Positions 11,070 to 23,600 of a stretch of DNA of 60,000 nt are shown here, one piece after another. Each line of letters opens with the position of its first letter. Position 1 is the first letter of the stretch. The DNA is from Squalus acanthias (lineage: Eukaryota). The notes under the pieces were generated by a model, which did no database searches, had not been told where the DNA came from, and saw only the letters and a program-made list of their open reading frames with translations. The translations under genes and the position numbers were made by a program. The stretch spans positions 151,096,001 through 151,156,000 of the forward strand of contig CM059431.1 of assembly GCA_030390025.1 (NCBI GenBank), in the 5' to 3' direction.

Positions 11070-14000
11070 TTGACTCTTCTCCCCTGGGTCTTTTTCCTCT
11101 GGGTCTCTTTCCGCTGTGTCTCTTTCCCCTGTGTCTCTTTTCCCAGGTTTCTATTCCCCTGGGTCTATTTTCCCTTGAATGTCATTACCCTGTGTATCTT
11201 TCCCCTGGATCTCATTTCCCTGTGTCTCTTTTCCCTTGGGTCTCTTTCTGCTGTGTCTCTTTCCCCTAGTTCTCTTTTCCCCTGGGTCTCTTTTCCCCGG
11301 GTCTCTTTCCCCTGGGTCTCTTTTCCCCTGGGACTCTTCTCCCCTGGGTCTCTTTCCTCTGGTCTCATTCCCCTGGGTCTCTTTCCGCTGTGTCTCTTTC
11401 CCCTGTGTCTCTTTTCCCAGGTTTCTTTTCCCCTGGGTCTCTTTCCACTGGATCTAATTCCCTGTTATCATTCGCCTGTGTCTCTATTCCCCTGGGTCTC
11501 TTTTCCCTTGATTATTATTCCGCTGGGAATCCTTCCCCTGGATCTCATTTCCCTGGGTCTCATTCGACTGGGTCTCTATTCCCCTGGGTCTCTTTTCCCT
11601 TGATTATTATTCCGCTGGGAATCCTTCCCCTGGATCTCATTTCCCTGGGTCTCATTCGACTGGGTCTCTTTCCCCTGGGTCTCTTTTCTCCTGGGTCTCT
11701 TTTCCCTGGCTCTCTTTCCCCTGGATGTCCTTTCCCCTGGGTCTCTTTCCCCTGGCACTCTTTCCGCTGTGTCATTTTTCCCCTGGGTCTCTTTCCCCTG
11801 GTTCTATTTTCCCTCGGTCTGTTTCCCCTTGGTCTCTTTTCCCCAAGGTCTCTTTTCCCCTGGGTCTCTTATCCCCAGTTCTCCTTCCCCTGGGTCTCTT
11901 TCCCCTGGGCCTCTTATCCCCGGTTCTCCTTCCCCTGGGTCTCTTTCCCCTGGGCCTCTTTCCCTTAGGTCTCTTTCCGCCGTGTCTCTTTCCCCCGGGT
12001 CTCTTTTTCCCGAAGTTATCTATCCCCCAGGGTCTCTTTTCCCTTGGATCTCATTCTCCTGGGTCTCTTTCGCCTGGGTCCCTTTTCCCTTGAATATCAT
12101 TCCCCTGGATCACATTTCCCTGTTTCTCTTTTCCCCTGGGTCTCTTTTCCCTTGGTCTCTATTCCCCTGGGTCTCTTTTCCCCTGGGTCTCATTCTGCTG
12201 GCTATCTTTCCACTGTGTCACTTTTTACCCTGGGTCTGTTTCCCCTGCGTCTCTTTCCTCTGTGTCTCTTTCCCCTGGGTCTCTTTTTCCCGAAGTTCTC
12301 TATACTCCTGGGTCTCTTTTCGCTTGGATCTCATTCTCCTGAGTCTCTTTCGCCTGGGTCTCTATTCCCCTGCTGCTCTTTTGCCTTGTATCTCTTTCCC
12401 CTGTGTCATTTTATCCCCTGGGTCACTTTTCCCCCGGGTGTTTTCCTCTAAGTCTCTTTGCTCCTGGGACTGTTGCCCCTGTGGCTATTTTCCCCTGGGT
12501 CTCTTTCCCCTGGAACTTATTTCAGTGGGTCTCTTTAAACTGGATCTCTTTCCCCTGGGTCTCTTTCCCCTGGAAGTCATTTCCCTGGGTATCTTTTTCT
12601 GGGTCTCTTTCCACCTGTGTCTCTTACCCCTGGGGCTCTTTCCCCCTGGAACTCCTTCCCCTGGATCTAATTTCCCTGGGTCTATTTCCCCTGAGTCTAT
12701 ATTCCCCTGGGTCTCATTTCCCTGGGTCTATTTATCCTGAGTATTATTCCCCTGGTGTCTTTCCCCTGTGTCTCATTTTCCCCTCGCCACTTTTCCCCTG
12801 GGACACTTTTCCTCTATGACTGTTTCCCCTGTGACTCTTTTCCTCAGGGTCTCTTATCCCCTGAGTCTCATTTCCCCGGATCTCTTTCACATGGATCGCT
12901 TTTCCCCTGGGTCTCTTTCCCATTGGTTTATTTTCCCCTCGGTCTCTTTTCCCCGGGACTCTATTCCCCTGGTTCTCTTTCCTTGGGTCTCTTTCACTGG
13001 GCCTCATTCCCCTGGGTCTCTTACACCTGTCTCTCTTTTCCTCGGGTCTCTTTTCTCCTGGGTCTCTTTTCCCTGGGTCTCTTTCCCCTGCATCTCTTTC
13101 CCCTGGGTCTCTTTTCCCCTTTGACTCTTCTCCCCTGGGTCTTTTTCCTCTGGGTCTCTTTCCGCTGTGTCTCTTTCCCCTGTGTCTCTTATCCCTGGTT
13201 TCTATTCCCCTGGGTCTCTTTTCCCTTGAATGTCATTACCCTGTGTATCTTTCCCCTGGATCTCATTTCCCTGTGTCTCTTTTCCCTTGGGTCTCTTTCT
13301 GCTGTGTCTCTTTCCCCTAATTCTCTTTTCCCCTGGGTCTCTTTTCCCCGGGTCTCTTTCCCCTGGGTCTCTTTTCCCCTGGGACTCTTGTCCCCTGGGT
13401 CTCTTTCCTCTGGTCTCATTCCCCTGGGTCTCTTTCCGCTGTGTCTCTTTCCCCTGTGTCTCTTTTCCCAGGTTTCTTTTCCCCTGGGTCTCTTTCCACT
13501 GGATCTAATTCCCTGTTATCATTCGCCTGTGTCTCTATTCCCCTGGGTCTCTTTTCCCTTGATTATTATTCCGCTGGGAATCCTTCCCCTGGATCTCATT
13601 TCCCTGGGTCTCATTCGACTGGGTCTCTATTCCCCTGGGTCTCTTTTCCCTTGATTATTATTCCGCTGGGAATCCTTCCCCTGGATCTCATTTCCCTGGG
13701 TCTCATTCGACTGGGTCTCTTTCCCCTGGGTCTCTTTTCTCCTGGGTCTCTTTTCCCTGGCTCTCTTTCCCCTGGATGTCCTTTCCCCTGGGTCTCTTTC
13801 CCCTGGCACTCTTTCCGCTGTGTCATTTTTCCCCTGGGTCTCTTTCCCCTGGTTCTATTTTCCCTCGGTCTGTTTCCCCTTGGTCTCTTTTCCCCAAGGT
13901 CTCTTTTCCCCTGGGTCTCTTATCCCCAGTTCTCCTTCCCCTGGGTCTCTTTCCCCTGGGCCTCTTATCCCCGGTTCTCCTTCCCCTGGGTCTCTTTCCC

Positions 14001-14190
14001 CTGGGCCTCTTTCCCTTAGGTCTCTTTCCGCCGTGTCTCTTTCCCCCGGGTCTCTTTTCCCGAAGTTATCTATCCCCCAGGGTCTCTTTTCCCTTGGATC
14101 TCATTCTCCTGGGTCTCTTTCGCCTGGGTCCCTTTTCCCTTGAATATCATTCCCCTGGATCACATTTCCCTGTTTCTCTTTTCCCCTGGG
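11070..14190 (+). repeat. ~1.05-kb block duplicated at offset 2051 (~11070-12135 and ~13120-14190)
   Basis: Identical or near-identical ORF pairs at 11179/13230, 11390/13441, 11560/13611 and 11576/13627. Both copies contain a 92-bp internal duplication marked by GATTATTATTCCGCTGGGAAT. Confidence 0.88.
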
Positions 14191-16215
14191 TCTCTTTTCC
14201 CCGGGTCTCTTTCCCCTGGATCTCATTTCCCTGTTTCTCTTTTCCCCTGGGTCTCTTTTCCCCTGGGTATCTTTCCCCTGGATCTCATTTCCCTGTTTCT
14301 CTTTTCCCCTGGGTCTCTTTTCCCTGGGTCTCTTTCCCCTGGGTCATTTTCTCCTGGGTCTCTTTTCACATAGTCTCTTTTGCGCTGTGTCACCTTTCCC
14401 CTGGGTCTCTATTCCCAGGTTTCTATTCCCCTGGGTCTCTTTTCCCTTGAATGTCATTACCCTGTGTATCTTTCCCCTGGATCTCATTTCCCTGTGTCTC
14501 TTTTCCCCTGGGTCTCTTTCTGCTGTGTCTCTTTCCCCTAATTCTCTTTTCCCCTGGGTCTCTTTTCCCTGGGTCTCTTTTCCGCTGTGTCACCTTTCCC
14601 CTGGGTCTCTATTCCCAGGTTTCTATTCCCCTGGGTCTCTTTTCCCTTGAATGTCATTACCCTGTGTATCTTTGCCCTGGATCTCATTTCCCTGTGTCTC
14701 TTTTCTCCTGGGACTCTTTCTGCTGTGTCTCTTTCCCCTAATTCTCTTTTCCCCTGGGTCTGTTTTCCCTGGATCTCTTTCCCCTGGGTCTCTTTCCCCT
14801 GGGTGTCTTTTCCCCTGGGTCTCCTCCCTCTGGGTTTCTTTTCGCCTGGGTCTCTTTCCACTGGGTCTCTTTCCGCTGGGTCTATTTTCCCCTGGGTCTC
14901 TTTCCGCTGGGTCTCTTTTACCTGGGTCTCTTTCCCCTGGGTCTCTTTTACCTGGGTCTCTTTCCCCTGGGTCTCTTTCTGCTAGGTCTCTTTTCCCCTG
15001 GGTGTCTTTTCACAGGGTCTCTTTTCCCCTTGGTCTTTTTCCCCTGTTTCCCAATTTTCCCCGGGTCTCTTTCCACTGAGTCCCTTTTCCCCCGGGTCTC
15101 TGTTCCCCAGGGTCACTTTCCCCCGGCTCTCCTTTCCCCTGGTTCTCTTTTCCCCTGGGTCTCTTTCCCCTGGGTCTCTTTTGGCCTTGGTCGCATTCAC
15201 CTGGGTCTGTTTTCCCCTGAATCTCTTTCCCTGTATCTCATTTCCCTGGGTCACTTTCCCCCGGGAATCTTTTCCCCTGTGTCCCTTTTCCCCTGGGTCT
15301 CTTTCCCCGGCGTGTCTTGACAACTGGTTCTCTTTCCCCTGGGTTTCTTTTCACCTGCGTCTCTTTTCCCCTGGATCTCTTTCCTCTTGGTCTCTTTCCC
15401 CTGGGTCTCCTTTCCCCTGGGTCTCTTTACCCAGGTTTCTTTTCCCCTGGGACTCTTTCCCCTGGATCTCATTTCCCTGGGAATCATACTCCTGGGTCTC
15501 TATTCCCCTGGGTCTCTTTCCCTAGAATAACATTCCCCTGGGTATCTTTCCCCTGGATCTTATTTCCCTGGGTCTCATTCGCCTGGGTTGCTTTTCCCCT
15601 GGGTCTCTTTCCGCTGTGTCTCTTTCCCCTGGTTCTCTTTTCCCCTGATTGTCTTTTCCCCTTATTCTATTTCCCCTGTATCTCATTTCCCTTGGTCAAT
15701 TTCCACTGGGTCTCTATTCCCCTTAGTCTCTTTTCCCCTTGGTCTCTTTCCGCTGGGTATCATTCCCCTGGGTCTCTTTTACCCTGGGTCTCTTTCCCCT
15801 GAGTCACTGTCCCCTGTGTCACTTTCCCCGGGACTCTTTTCCCCTGGGGCCCCTTTTCCCCTGGGTCTCTTTCCCCGGGTTTCTCTTGGCCACTGGGTCT
15901 CTTGCCCCTGTGTCTTTTTTCCCGATGGTCTCTTTCCCCTGGGACTCTTTTCCCCTGGGTCTCTGTTCCATGGGACTATTTCCCCTGCGTCTCTATCCCA
16001 TGGGACTCTTTCCCCATGCGTCTCTTTCCTCTGGTATTCTTTTCCCCTGTGTCTCTTTTCTTCGGTTCTTTTTCCCCTGAGTCTTCTCCCCTGGGAATCT
16101 TACCACTGGGTCGCTTTTCCACTCGCTGTCTTTTCCCCGGGACTCTTTTCCCCTAGGTCTCTTTCCCTTGGGTCTCGTTCCGCTGGGTCTCATTCCCCTA
16201 GGTCTCTTACTCCTG

Positions 16216-18920
16216 GGTCTCTTTTCCCCGGGTCTCTTTTCTCCTGGGTCTCTTTTCCCTGGCACTCTTTCCCCTGGGTCTCTTTTCCCCTGGGTCACTT
16301 TTTCCTGGATCTCTTTCCCCTGGGTTTCCTTTCCACTGGGGCTCTTTTCCCCAGGGTATCTTGCTCCTGGGTTCTTTTCCCCAGGGTATCTTTTCCCTGG
16401 GTCTCCTTTCCCCTGGGTCTCATTACCCCGGGGTCTCTTTTCCTCTGGTTCGCTTTTGCTCTGGGTCTCTTTCCCCTGGGTCTCCTTTCCCCTGGGTCTC
16501 TTTTCCCCGGGGTCTCTTTTCCCCTGGGCCTCCTTTCCCCTGGGTCTCTTTTCCCCTGGGTCTCTTTTCCCCTGGGTCTCTTTTCCCTTGGGTCACTTTT
16601 CCCCCGGGTCTCTTTTCCCCCTGGTCTCTTTTCCCCAGGATCTCTTTCCCCTGGGTCTCATTTCCCCTGGATCTCTTTTCCCCGTAGTCTCTTTTCCCCT
16701 GGGTCTCTTTTGCCCTGGGTCTCTTTCCCCATGGTCTATTTTCCCCCGGGTCGCATTCACCTGGGTCTCTATTCCACTGGCTCTCTTTCCCCTGGGACTC
16801 TTTTCCTTTGTGTCTCTTTCTCCTGGGTCTCTTTTCACCTGGGTCTTTTTTTCCATGAATCTCTTTCCCCTGTATTTCATTTCCCTGGGTCTCTTTCCCC
16901 CAGAACTCTTTTTCCCTGGGTCACTTTTCCCAATGGTCTCTTTACCCGGGTTCTCTTGACAACCGGATCGCTTTCCCCTGGGTATCTTTTCGCCTGCGTC
17001 TCTCTTCCCCTGGATCTCTTTCCTCTTGGTCTGTTTCCCCTGGGTCTCCTTTCCTCTGGGTTTCTTTTCCCCGGGGTCTCTTTCCCCTGCGTATCTTTTC
17101 CCCGGGTTCTCTTACCCTTAGATCTCCTTTCCCTGGGTCTCTTTCCCCTGGGTCTCTTTTCCCCTGGGTCTCTTCCCCGAGGGTCTTATTTCCCCTGGGT
17201 CTCTTTCTCCTGTATCTCATTTCCCTGGGTCTCTTACCCCTGGTTCTCTTTCCCCCCGGGTCTTTCTCCCCTGGAACTCATTTCCCTGGGTCTCTATAAC
17301 CTGTGACTCTTTTACACTGGGTCTCTCTCCCCTGGGTTTCTTTTCCCCTTGGTCTCTTTTCCCCTGGAGTCTATTCCCCTGGGCCACATTCCCTTGGGTT
17401 TCTTTCCACTGGGCCTCATTCCCCTGGGTCTCATTTCACCTCGGTCTCATTTCACCTCGGTCTCTTTTCCCTGGGTCACTTTTCCCCCGGGTCTCTTTTC
17501 CCCCTGGTCTCTTTTCCCCAGGGTCTCTTTCCCCTCGTTCTCATTTCCACTGGGTCTCTTTCCCCATGGTCTCTTTTCCCCGGGTCTCTTTTCTCCTGGG
17601 TCTCTTTTCCCTGGCACTCTTTCCCCTGGGTCTCTTTTCCCCTGGGTCACTTTTTCCTGGATCTCTTTCCCCTGGGTTTCCTTTCCACTGGGGCTCTTTT
17701 CCCCAGGGTATCTTGCTCCTGGGTTCTTTTCCCCAGGGTATCTTTTCCCTGGGTCTCCTTTCCCCTGGGTCTCATTTCCCCGGGGTCTCTTTTCCCCTGG
17801 TTCGCTTTTGCTCTGGGTCTCTTTCCCCTGGGTCTCCTTTCCCCTGGGTCTCTTTTCCCCGGGGTCTCTTTTCCCCTGGGTCTCCTTTCCCCTGGGTCTC
17901 TTTTCCCCTGGGTCTCTTTTCCCCTGGGTCTCTTTTCCCTTGTGTCACTTTTCCCCCGGGTCTCTTTTCCCCCTGGTCTCTTTTCCCCAGGATCTCTTTC
18001 CCCTGGGTCTCATTTCCCCTGGATCTCTTTTCCCCGTAGTCTCTTTTCCCCTGGGTCTCTTTTGCCCTGGGTCTCTTTCCCCATGGTCTATTTTCCCCCG
18101 GGTCGCATTCACCTGGGTCTCTATTCCACTGGCTCTCTTTCCCCTGGGACTCTTTTCCTTTGTGTCTCTTTCTCCTGGGTCTCTTTTCACCTGGGTCTTT
18201 TTTTCCATGAATCTCTTTCCCCTGTATTTCATTTCCCTGGGTCTCTTTCCCCCAGAACTCTTTTTCCCTGGGTCACTTTTCCCAATGGTCTCTTTACCCG
18301 GGTTCTCTTGACAACCGGATCGCTTTCCCCTGGGTATCTTTTCGCCTGCGTCTCTCTTCCCCTGGATCTCTTTCCTCTTGGTCTGTTTCCCCTGGGTCTC
18401 CTTTCCTCTGGGTTTCTTTTCCCCGGGGTCTCTTTCCCCTGCGTATCTTTTCCCCGGGTTCTCTTACCCTTAGATCTCCTTTCCCTGGGTCTCTTTCCCC
18501 TGGGTCTCTTTTCCCCTGGGTCTCTTCCCCGAGGGTCTTATTTCCCCTGGGTCTCTTTCTCCTGTATCTCATTTCCCTGGGTCTCTTACCCCTGGTTCTC
18601 TTTTCCCCCGGGTCTTTCTCCCCTGGAACTCATTTCCCTGGGTCTCTATAACCTGTGACTCTTTTACACTGGGTCTCTCTCCCCTGGGTTTCTTTTCCCC
18701 TTGGTCTCTTTTCCCCTGGAGTCTATTCCCCTGGGCCACATTCCCTTGGGTTTCTTTCCACTGGGCCTCATTCCCCTGGGTCTCATTTCACCTCGGTCTC
18801 ATTTCACCTCGGTCTCTTTTCCCTGGGTCACTTTTCCCCCGGGTCTCTTTTCCCCCTGGTCTCTTTTCCCCAGGGTCTCTTTCCCCTCGTTCTCATTTCC
18901 ACTGGGTCTCTTTCCCCATG
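16216..18920 (+). repeat. 1352-bp near-identical tandem duplication present only in copy A
   Basis: ggcactctt at 16261/17613, ttgacaaccgg at 16956/18308, and identical ORFs 16593/17945 and 16942/18294. Copy B has a single equivalent (~26635-27940). Confidence 0.9.
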
Positions 18921-20100
18921 GTCTCTTTTCCCCCGGGTCTCTTTTGCCCTGGGTCTCTTTCCCCATGGTCTCTTTCCCCCTGGGTCTCTTTTGCCCTGGG
19001 TCTCTTTCCCCATTGTCTCTTTCCCCCCGTGTCTCGTTTCCCCAGGGTCTCTTTCCTCTGGTTCTCTATCCCATGGGACTCTTTCCCCATGCGTCTCTTT
19101 CCTCTGGGATTCTTTTCCCCTGTGTCTCTTTTCTTTGGTTTTTTTTCCCCTGAGTCGTCTACCCTGTGAATCTTTCCACTGGGTCGCTTTTCCCCTCGCT
19201 GTCTTTTCCCCGTGACTCTTTTCCCCTAGGTCTCTTTCCCTTGGGTCTCGTTCCGCTGGGTCACTTTTTCCTGGATCTCTTTCCCCTGGGTTTCCTTTCC
19301 CCTGGGGCTCTTTTCCCCAGGGTATCTTGCTCCTGGGTTCTTTTCCCCAGGGTCTCTTTCCCCTGGGTCTCCTTTCCACTGGGTCTCTTTTCCTCTGGGT
19401 CTCTCTTGCCCTGGGTCTCTTTTCCCCTGTGTCTCTTTTCCCCTGGATCTCTTTCCTCTTGTTCTGTTTCCCCTGGGTCTCCTTTCCTCTGGGTTTCTTT
19501 TCCCCGGGGTCTCTTTCCCCTGGGTCTCTTTTCCCCTGGTTATCTTTCCCCTAGGTCTCCATTCCCTGGGTCTCTTTCCCCTGGGTCTCTTTTCCCCTGG
19601 GTCTCTTCCCCGAGGCTCTTATTTCCCCTGGGTCTCTTTCCCCTGTATCCCATTTCCCTGGATTCTTACCCCTGGTTCTCTTTTCCCCCGGGTCTTTCTC
19701 CCCTGTAACTCATTTCCCTGGGTCTCTTTAACCTGTGACTCTTTTCCGCTGGGTCTCTTTCCCATGGAACTCATTGCCCTGGGACTCTTTAAACTGGGTC
19801 TCTTTTCCCTGGGTCTCTTTCCCCTGGCTCTCTTTTCCACTAGGTCTCTTTTCACCTGGGTCTCTTTCCCCTGGGGCTCTTTTCCCCTGGAACTCCTTCC
19901 CCTGGATCTAATTTCCCTTGGTCTCTTTCCCCTGTGTCTCTATTCCCCTGAGTCTCTTTTACCCTGAGTCTCATTCCCCTGGTATCATTCCCCTGTGTCT
20001 CTTTTTCCCCTGTGCACCTTTTCCCCTGTGTAAACTTTTCCCCTGTGAATGTTTCCCCTGGGACTCATTTCCCCAGGGTCTCTTTCCCCGGGTCTCTTCC

Positions 20101-20690
20101 CCTGGGTCTCTTTTCCCCTGGGACTCTACTCCCCTGGGTTTCTTTCCTCTGGTCTCTTTCCCCTGCGTCACTTTCCGCTGTGTCTCTTTCCCCTGGGCCT
20201 CTTTCCCCTGGATCTCATTTCCCTGGGACTCATTCGCCTGGGTCTCTATTCCCCAGGGTCTCTTTTCCCTTGAATCTCATTCCCCTGGGTATCTTTCCAC
20301 TGGATCTCATTTCCCTGCGTCTCATTCGCCTGGGTCTCTTTTCCCCTGGTTCTCTTTCCGCTTTGTCTCTTACCCCTGGTTTTCTTTTCCCCTGGGTCTC
20401 TTTTCCCCTGGGACTCTACTCCCCTGGGTTTCTTTCCTCTGGTCTCTTTCCCCTGCGTCACTTTCCGCTGTGTCTCTTTCCCCTGGGTCTCTTTCCCCTG
20501 GATCTCATTTCCCTGGGACTCATTCGCCTGGGTCTCTATTCCCCAGGGTCTCTTTTCCCTTGAATCTCATTCCCCTGGGTATCTTTCCACTGGATCTCAT
20601 TTCCCTGCGTCTCATTCGCCTGGGTCTCTTTTCCCCTGGTTCTCTTTCCGCTTTGTCTCTTACCCCTGGTTTTCTTTTCCCCTGGGTCAC
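20101..20690 (+). repeat. 290-bp tandem duplication (also in copy B at ~29120-29710)
   Basis: cctgggtctcttttcccctgggactctactcccctgggtttc occurs at 20101 and 20391. Confidence 0.88.
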
Positions 20691-23600
20691 TTTTCCCTGC
20701 GTCTCTTTTCCCCTGGGTCTATTTTCCCCAGGGTCTCTTTCCCCTGGGTCTCCTTTCCCCTGGTTCTCTTTTCCCCTGGGTCTCTATCCCCTGGTTCTGA
20801 TTTCCCCTCGGTCTCTTTCCGCTTGCTCTCTTTTCCCCTGGGTCTCTTTCCCCTGGCTCTCTTTTGCCCTGGGTGTCTTTCCCCAGGGTTTCTTTTCCCC
20901 TGGGTCTCTTTTCCCCTGTGTCTCTTTTCCCTGGGTCTCTCTTCCCCTGGATCGTATTCACCTGGTTCTCTTTTCCACTGGTTCTCTTTTTCCCCTGGGC
21001 CCCTATTCCCCTGTGTCTCTTTTCCCCTGAATCTCTTTCCCCTGGGTCTCTTTTACACTGGGTCTTACTCCCCTGGGACTCTTTTCCACTGGATCGCTTT
21101 CCCCTGGGACTCTTTTCCTTTGGGTCTCTTTCTCCTGGGTCTCTTTTCACATAGCCTCTTTTCCTCTGGGTCTCTTTCACCTGGGTCATTTTTTCATTGA
21201 ATCTCTTTCCCATGTGTCTCATTTCCCTGGGTATCTTTCCCCCAGAACTCTTTTCCCCTGGGTCCCTTTTCCCCATGGTCTCTTTCCCCGGGTTCTCTTG
21301 ACAACTGGATCTCTTTCCCCAGGTTATCTTTTCCCCTGCGTCTCTCTTCCCCTGGATCTCTTTCCTCTTGGTCTGTTTCCCCTGGGTCTCTTTCCCCTGG
21401 TTCTCTTTTCCCCTGGGTCTCTTCCCCGAGGCTCTTATTTCCCCTGGGTCTCTTTCTCCTGTATCCCATTTCCCTGGATTCTTACCCCTGGTTCTCTTTT
21501 CCCCCGGGTCTTTCTCCCCTGTAACTCACTTCCCTGGGTCTCTTTAACCTGTGACTCTTTTCCGCTGTGTCCCTTTCCCATGGAACTCATTGCCCTGGGT
21601 CTCTTTAACCTGGGTCTCTTTTCCCTGGGACTCTTTACCCTGGCTCTCTTTTCCACTAGATCTCTTTTCACCTGGGTCTCTTTCCCCTGGAACTCTGTCC
21701 CCCTGGAACTCCTTCCCCTGGATCTCATTTCCCTTGGTCTCTTTCCCCTGGGTCTCTATTCCCCTGGGTCTCTTTTACCCTTAGTCTCATTCCCCTGGTA
21801 TCATTCCCCTGTGTCTCTTTTTCCCCTGTGCACCTTTTCCCCTGTGTAAACTTTTCCCCTGTGAATGTTTCCCCTGGGACTCATTTCCCCAGGGTCTCTT
21901 TCCCCGGGTCTCTTCCCCTGGGTCTCTTTTCCCCTGGAACTCTACTCCCCTGGGTTTCTTTCCTCTGGTCTCTTTCCCCTGCGTCTCTTTCCGCTGTGTC
22001 TCTTTCCCCTGGGTCTCTTTCCCCTGGATCTCATTTCCCTGGGACTTATTCGCCTGGGTCTCTATTCCCCAGGGTCTCTTTTCCCTTGATTCTCATTCCC
22101 CTGGGTATCTTTCCACTGGATCTCATTTCCCTGCGTCTCATTCGCCTGGGTCTCTTTTCCCCTGGTTCTCTTTCCGCTTTGTCTCTTACCCCTGGTTCTC
22201 TTTTCCCCTGGGTCACTTTTCCCTGAGTCTCTTTCCCCTGGGTCTCCTTTCCCCTGGTTCTCTTTTCCCCTGGGTCTGTATCCCCTGGTTCTGTTTTCAC
22301 CTCGGTCTCTTTCCGCTTGCTCTCTTTTCCCCTGGGTCTCTTTCCCCTGGCTCTCTTTTGCCCTGGGTGTCTTTCCCCAGGGTCTCTTTTCCCCTGGGTC
22401 TCTTTTCCCCTGTGTCTCTTTCCCCTGGGTCTCTCTTCCCCTGGGTCGTATTCACCTGGGTATCTTTTCCACTGGTTCTCTTTTTCCCCTGGGCCCCTAT
22501 TCACCTCTGTCTCTTTTCCCCTGAATCTCTTTCCCCTGGGTCTCTTTTACACTGGGTCTCATTCCCCTGGGTCTCTTTTCCACTGGATCTCTTTCCCCTG
22601 GGACTCTTTTCCTTTGGGTCTCTTTCTCCTGGGTCTCTTTTCACATAGCCTCTTTTCCTCTGGGTCTCTTTCAAATGGGTCCTTTTTTCCCTGAATCTCT
22701 TTCCCCTGTATCTCACTTCCCTGGGTATCTTTCCCCCAGAAGTCTTTTCCCCTGGGTCCCGTTTCCCCATGGTCTCTTTCCCCGCGTTCTCTTGACAACT
22801 GGATCACTTTCCCCAGGGTATCTTTTCCCCTGCGTCTCTCTTCCCCTGGATCTCTTTCCTCTTGGTCTGTTTCCCTTGGGTCTCCTTTCCTCTGGGTTTC
22901 TTTTCCCCGGGGACTCTTTCCCCTGGGTCTCTTTTCCCCTGGTTTTCTTTCCTCTGGTCTCCATTCCCTGGGTCTCTATCCCCTTAGTCTCTTTTCCACT
23001 GGGTCTCTTCCCCGAGGCTCTTATTTCCCCTGGGTCTCTTTCTCCGGTATCCCATTTCCTTGGGTCTCTTACCCTGGTTCTCTTTTCCCCCGGGTATTTT
23101 TCCCCTGGAACTCATTTACCTGGGTCTCTTTAACCTGTGACTCTTTTCCGCTGGGTCTCTTTCCCATGGAACTCATTGCCCTGGGTCTCTTTAATCTGCG
23201 TCTCTTTTCACCTGGGTCTCTTTCCCCTGGTGCTCTTTCCCACTGGAACTCCTTCCCCTGGATCTCATTTCCGTTGGTCTCTTTCCCCTGGGTCTCTATT
23301 CCCCTGGGTCTCTTTTACCCTGAGTCTCATTCACATGGTAACATTCCCCTGTGTCTCTTTTTCCCCTGTGCAAATTTTCCCCTGTGTAAACTTTTCCCCT
23401 GTGACTGTTTCCCCTGGGTCTCTTTTCCCCTGGGACTCTTCTCCCCTGGGTCTTTTTCCTCTGGGTCTCTTTCCGCTGTGTCTCTTTCCCCTGTGTCTCT
23501 TATCCCAGGTTTCTATTCCCCTGGGTCTCTTTTCCCTTGAATGTCATTACCCTGTGTATCTTTCCCCTGGATCTCATTTCCCTGTGTCTCTTTTCCCTTG

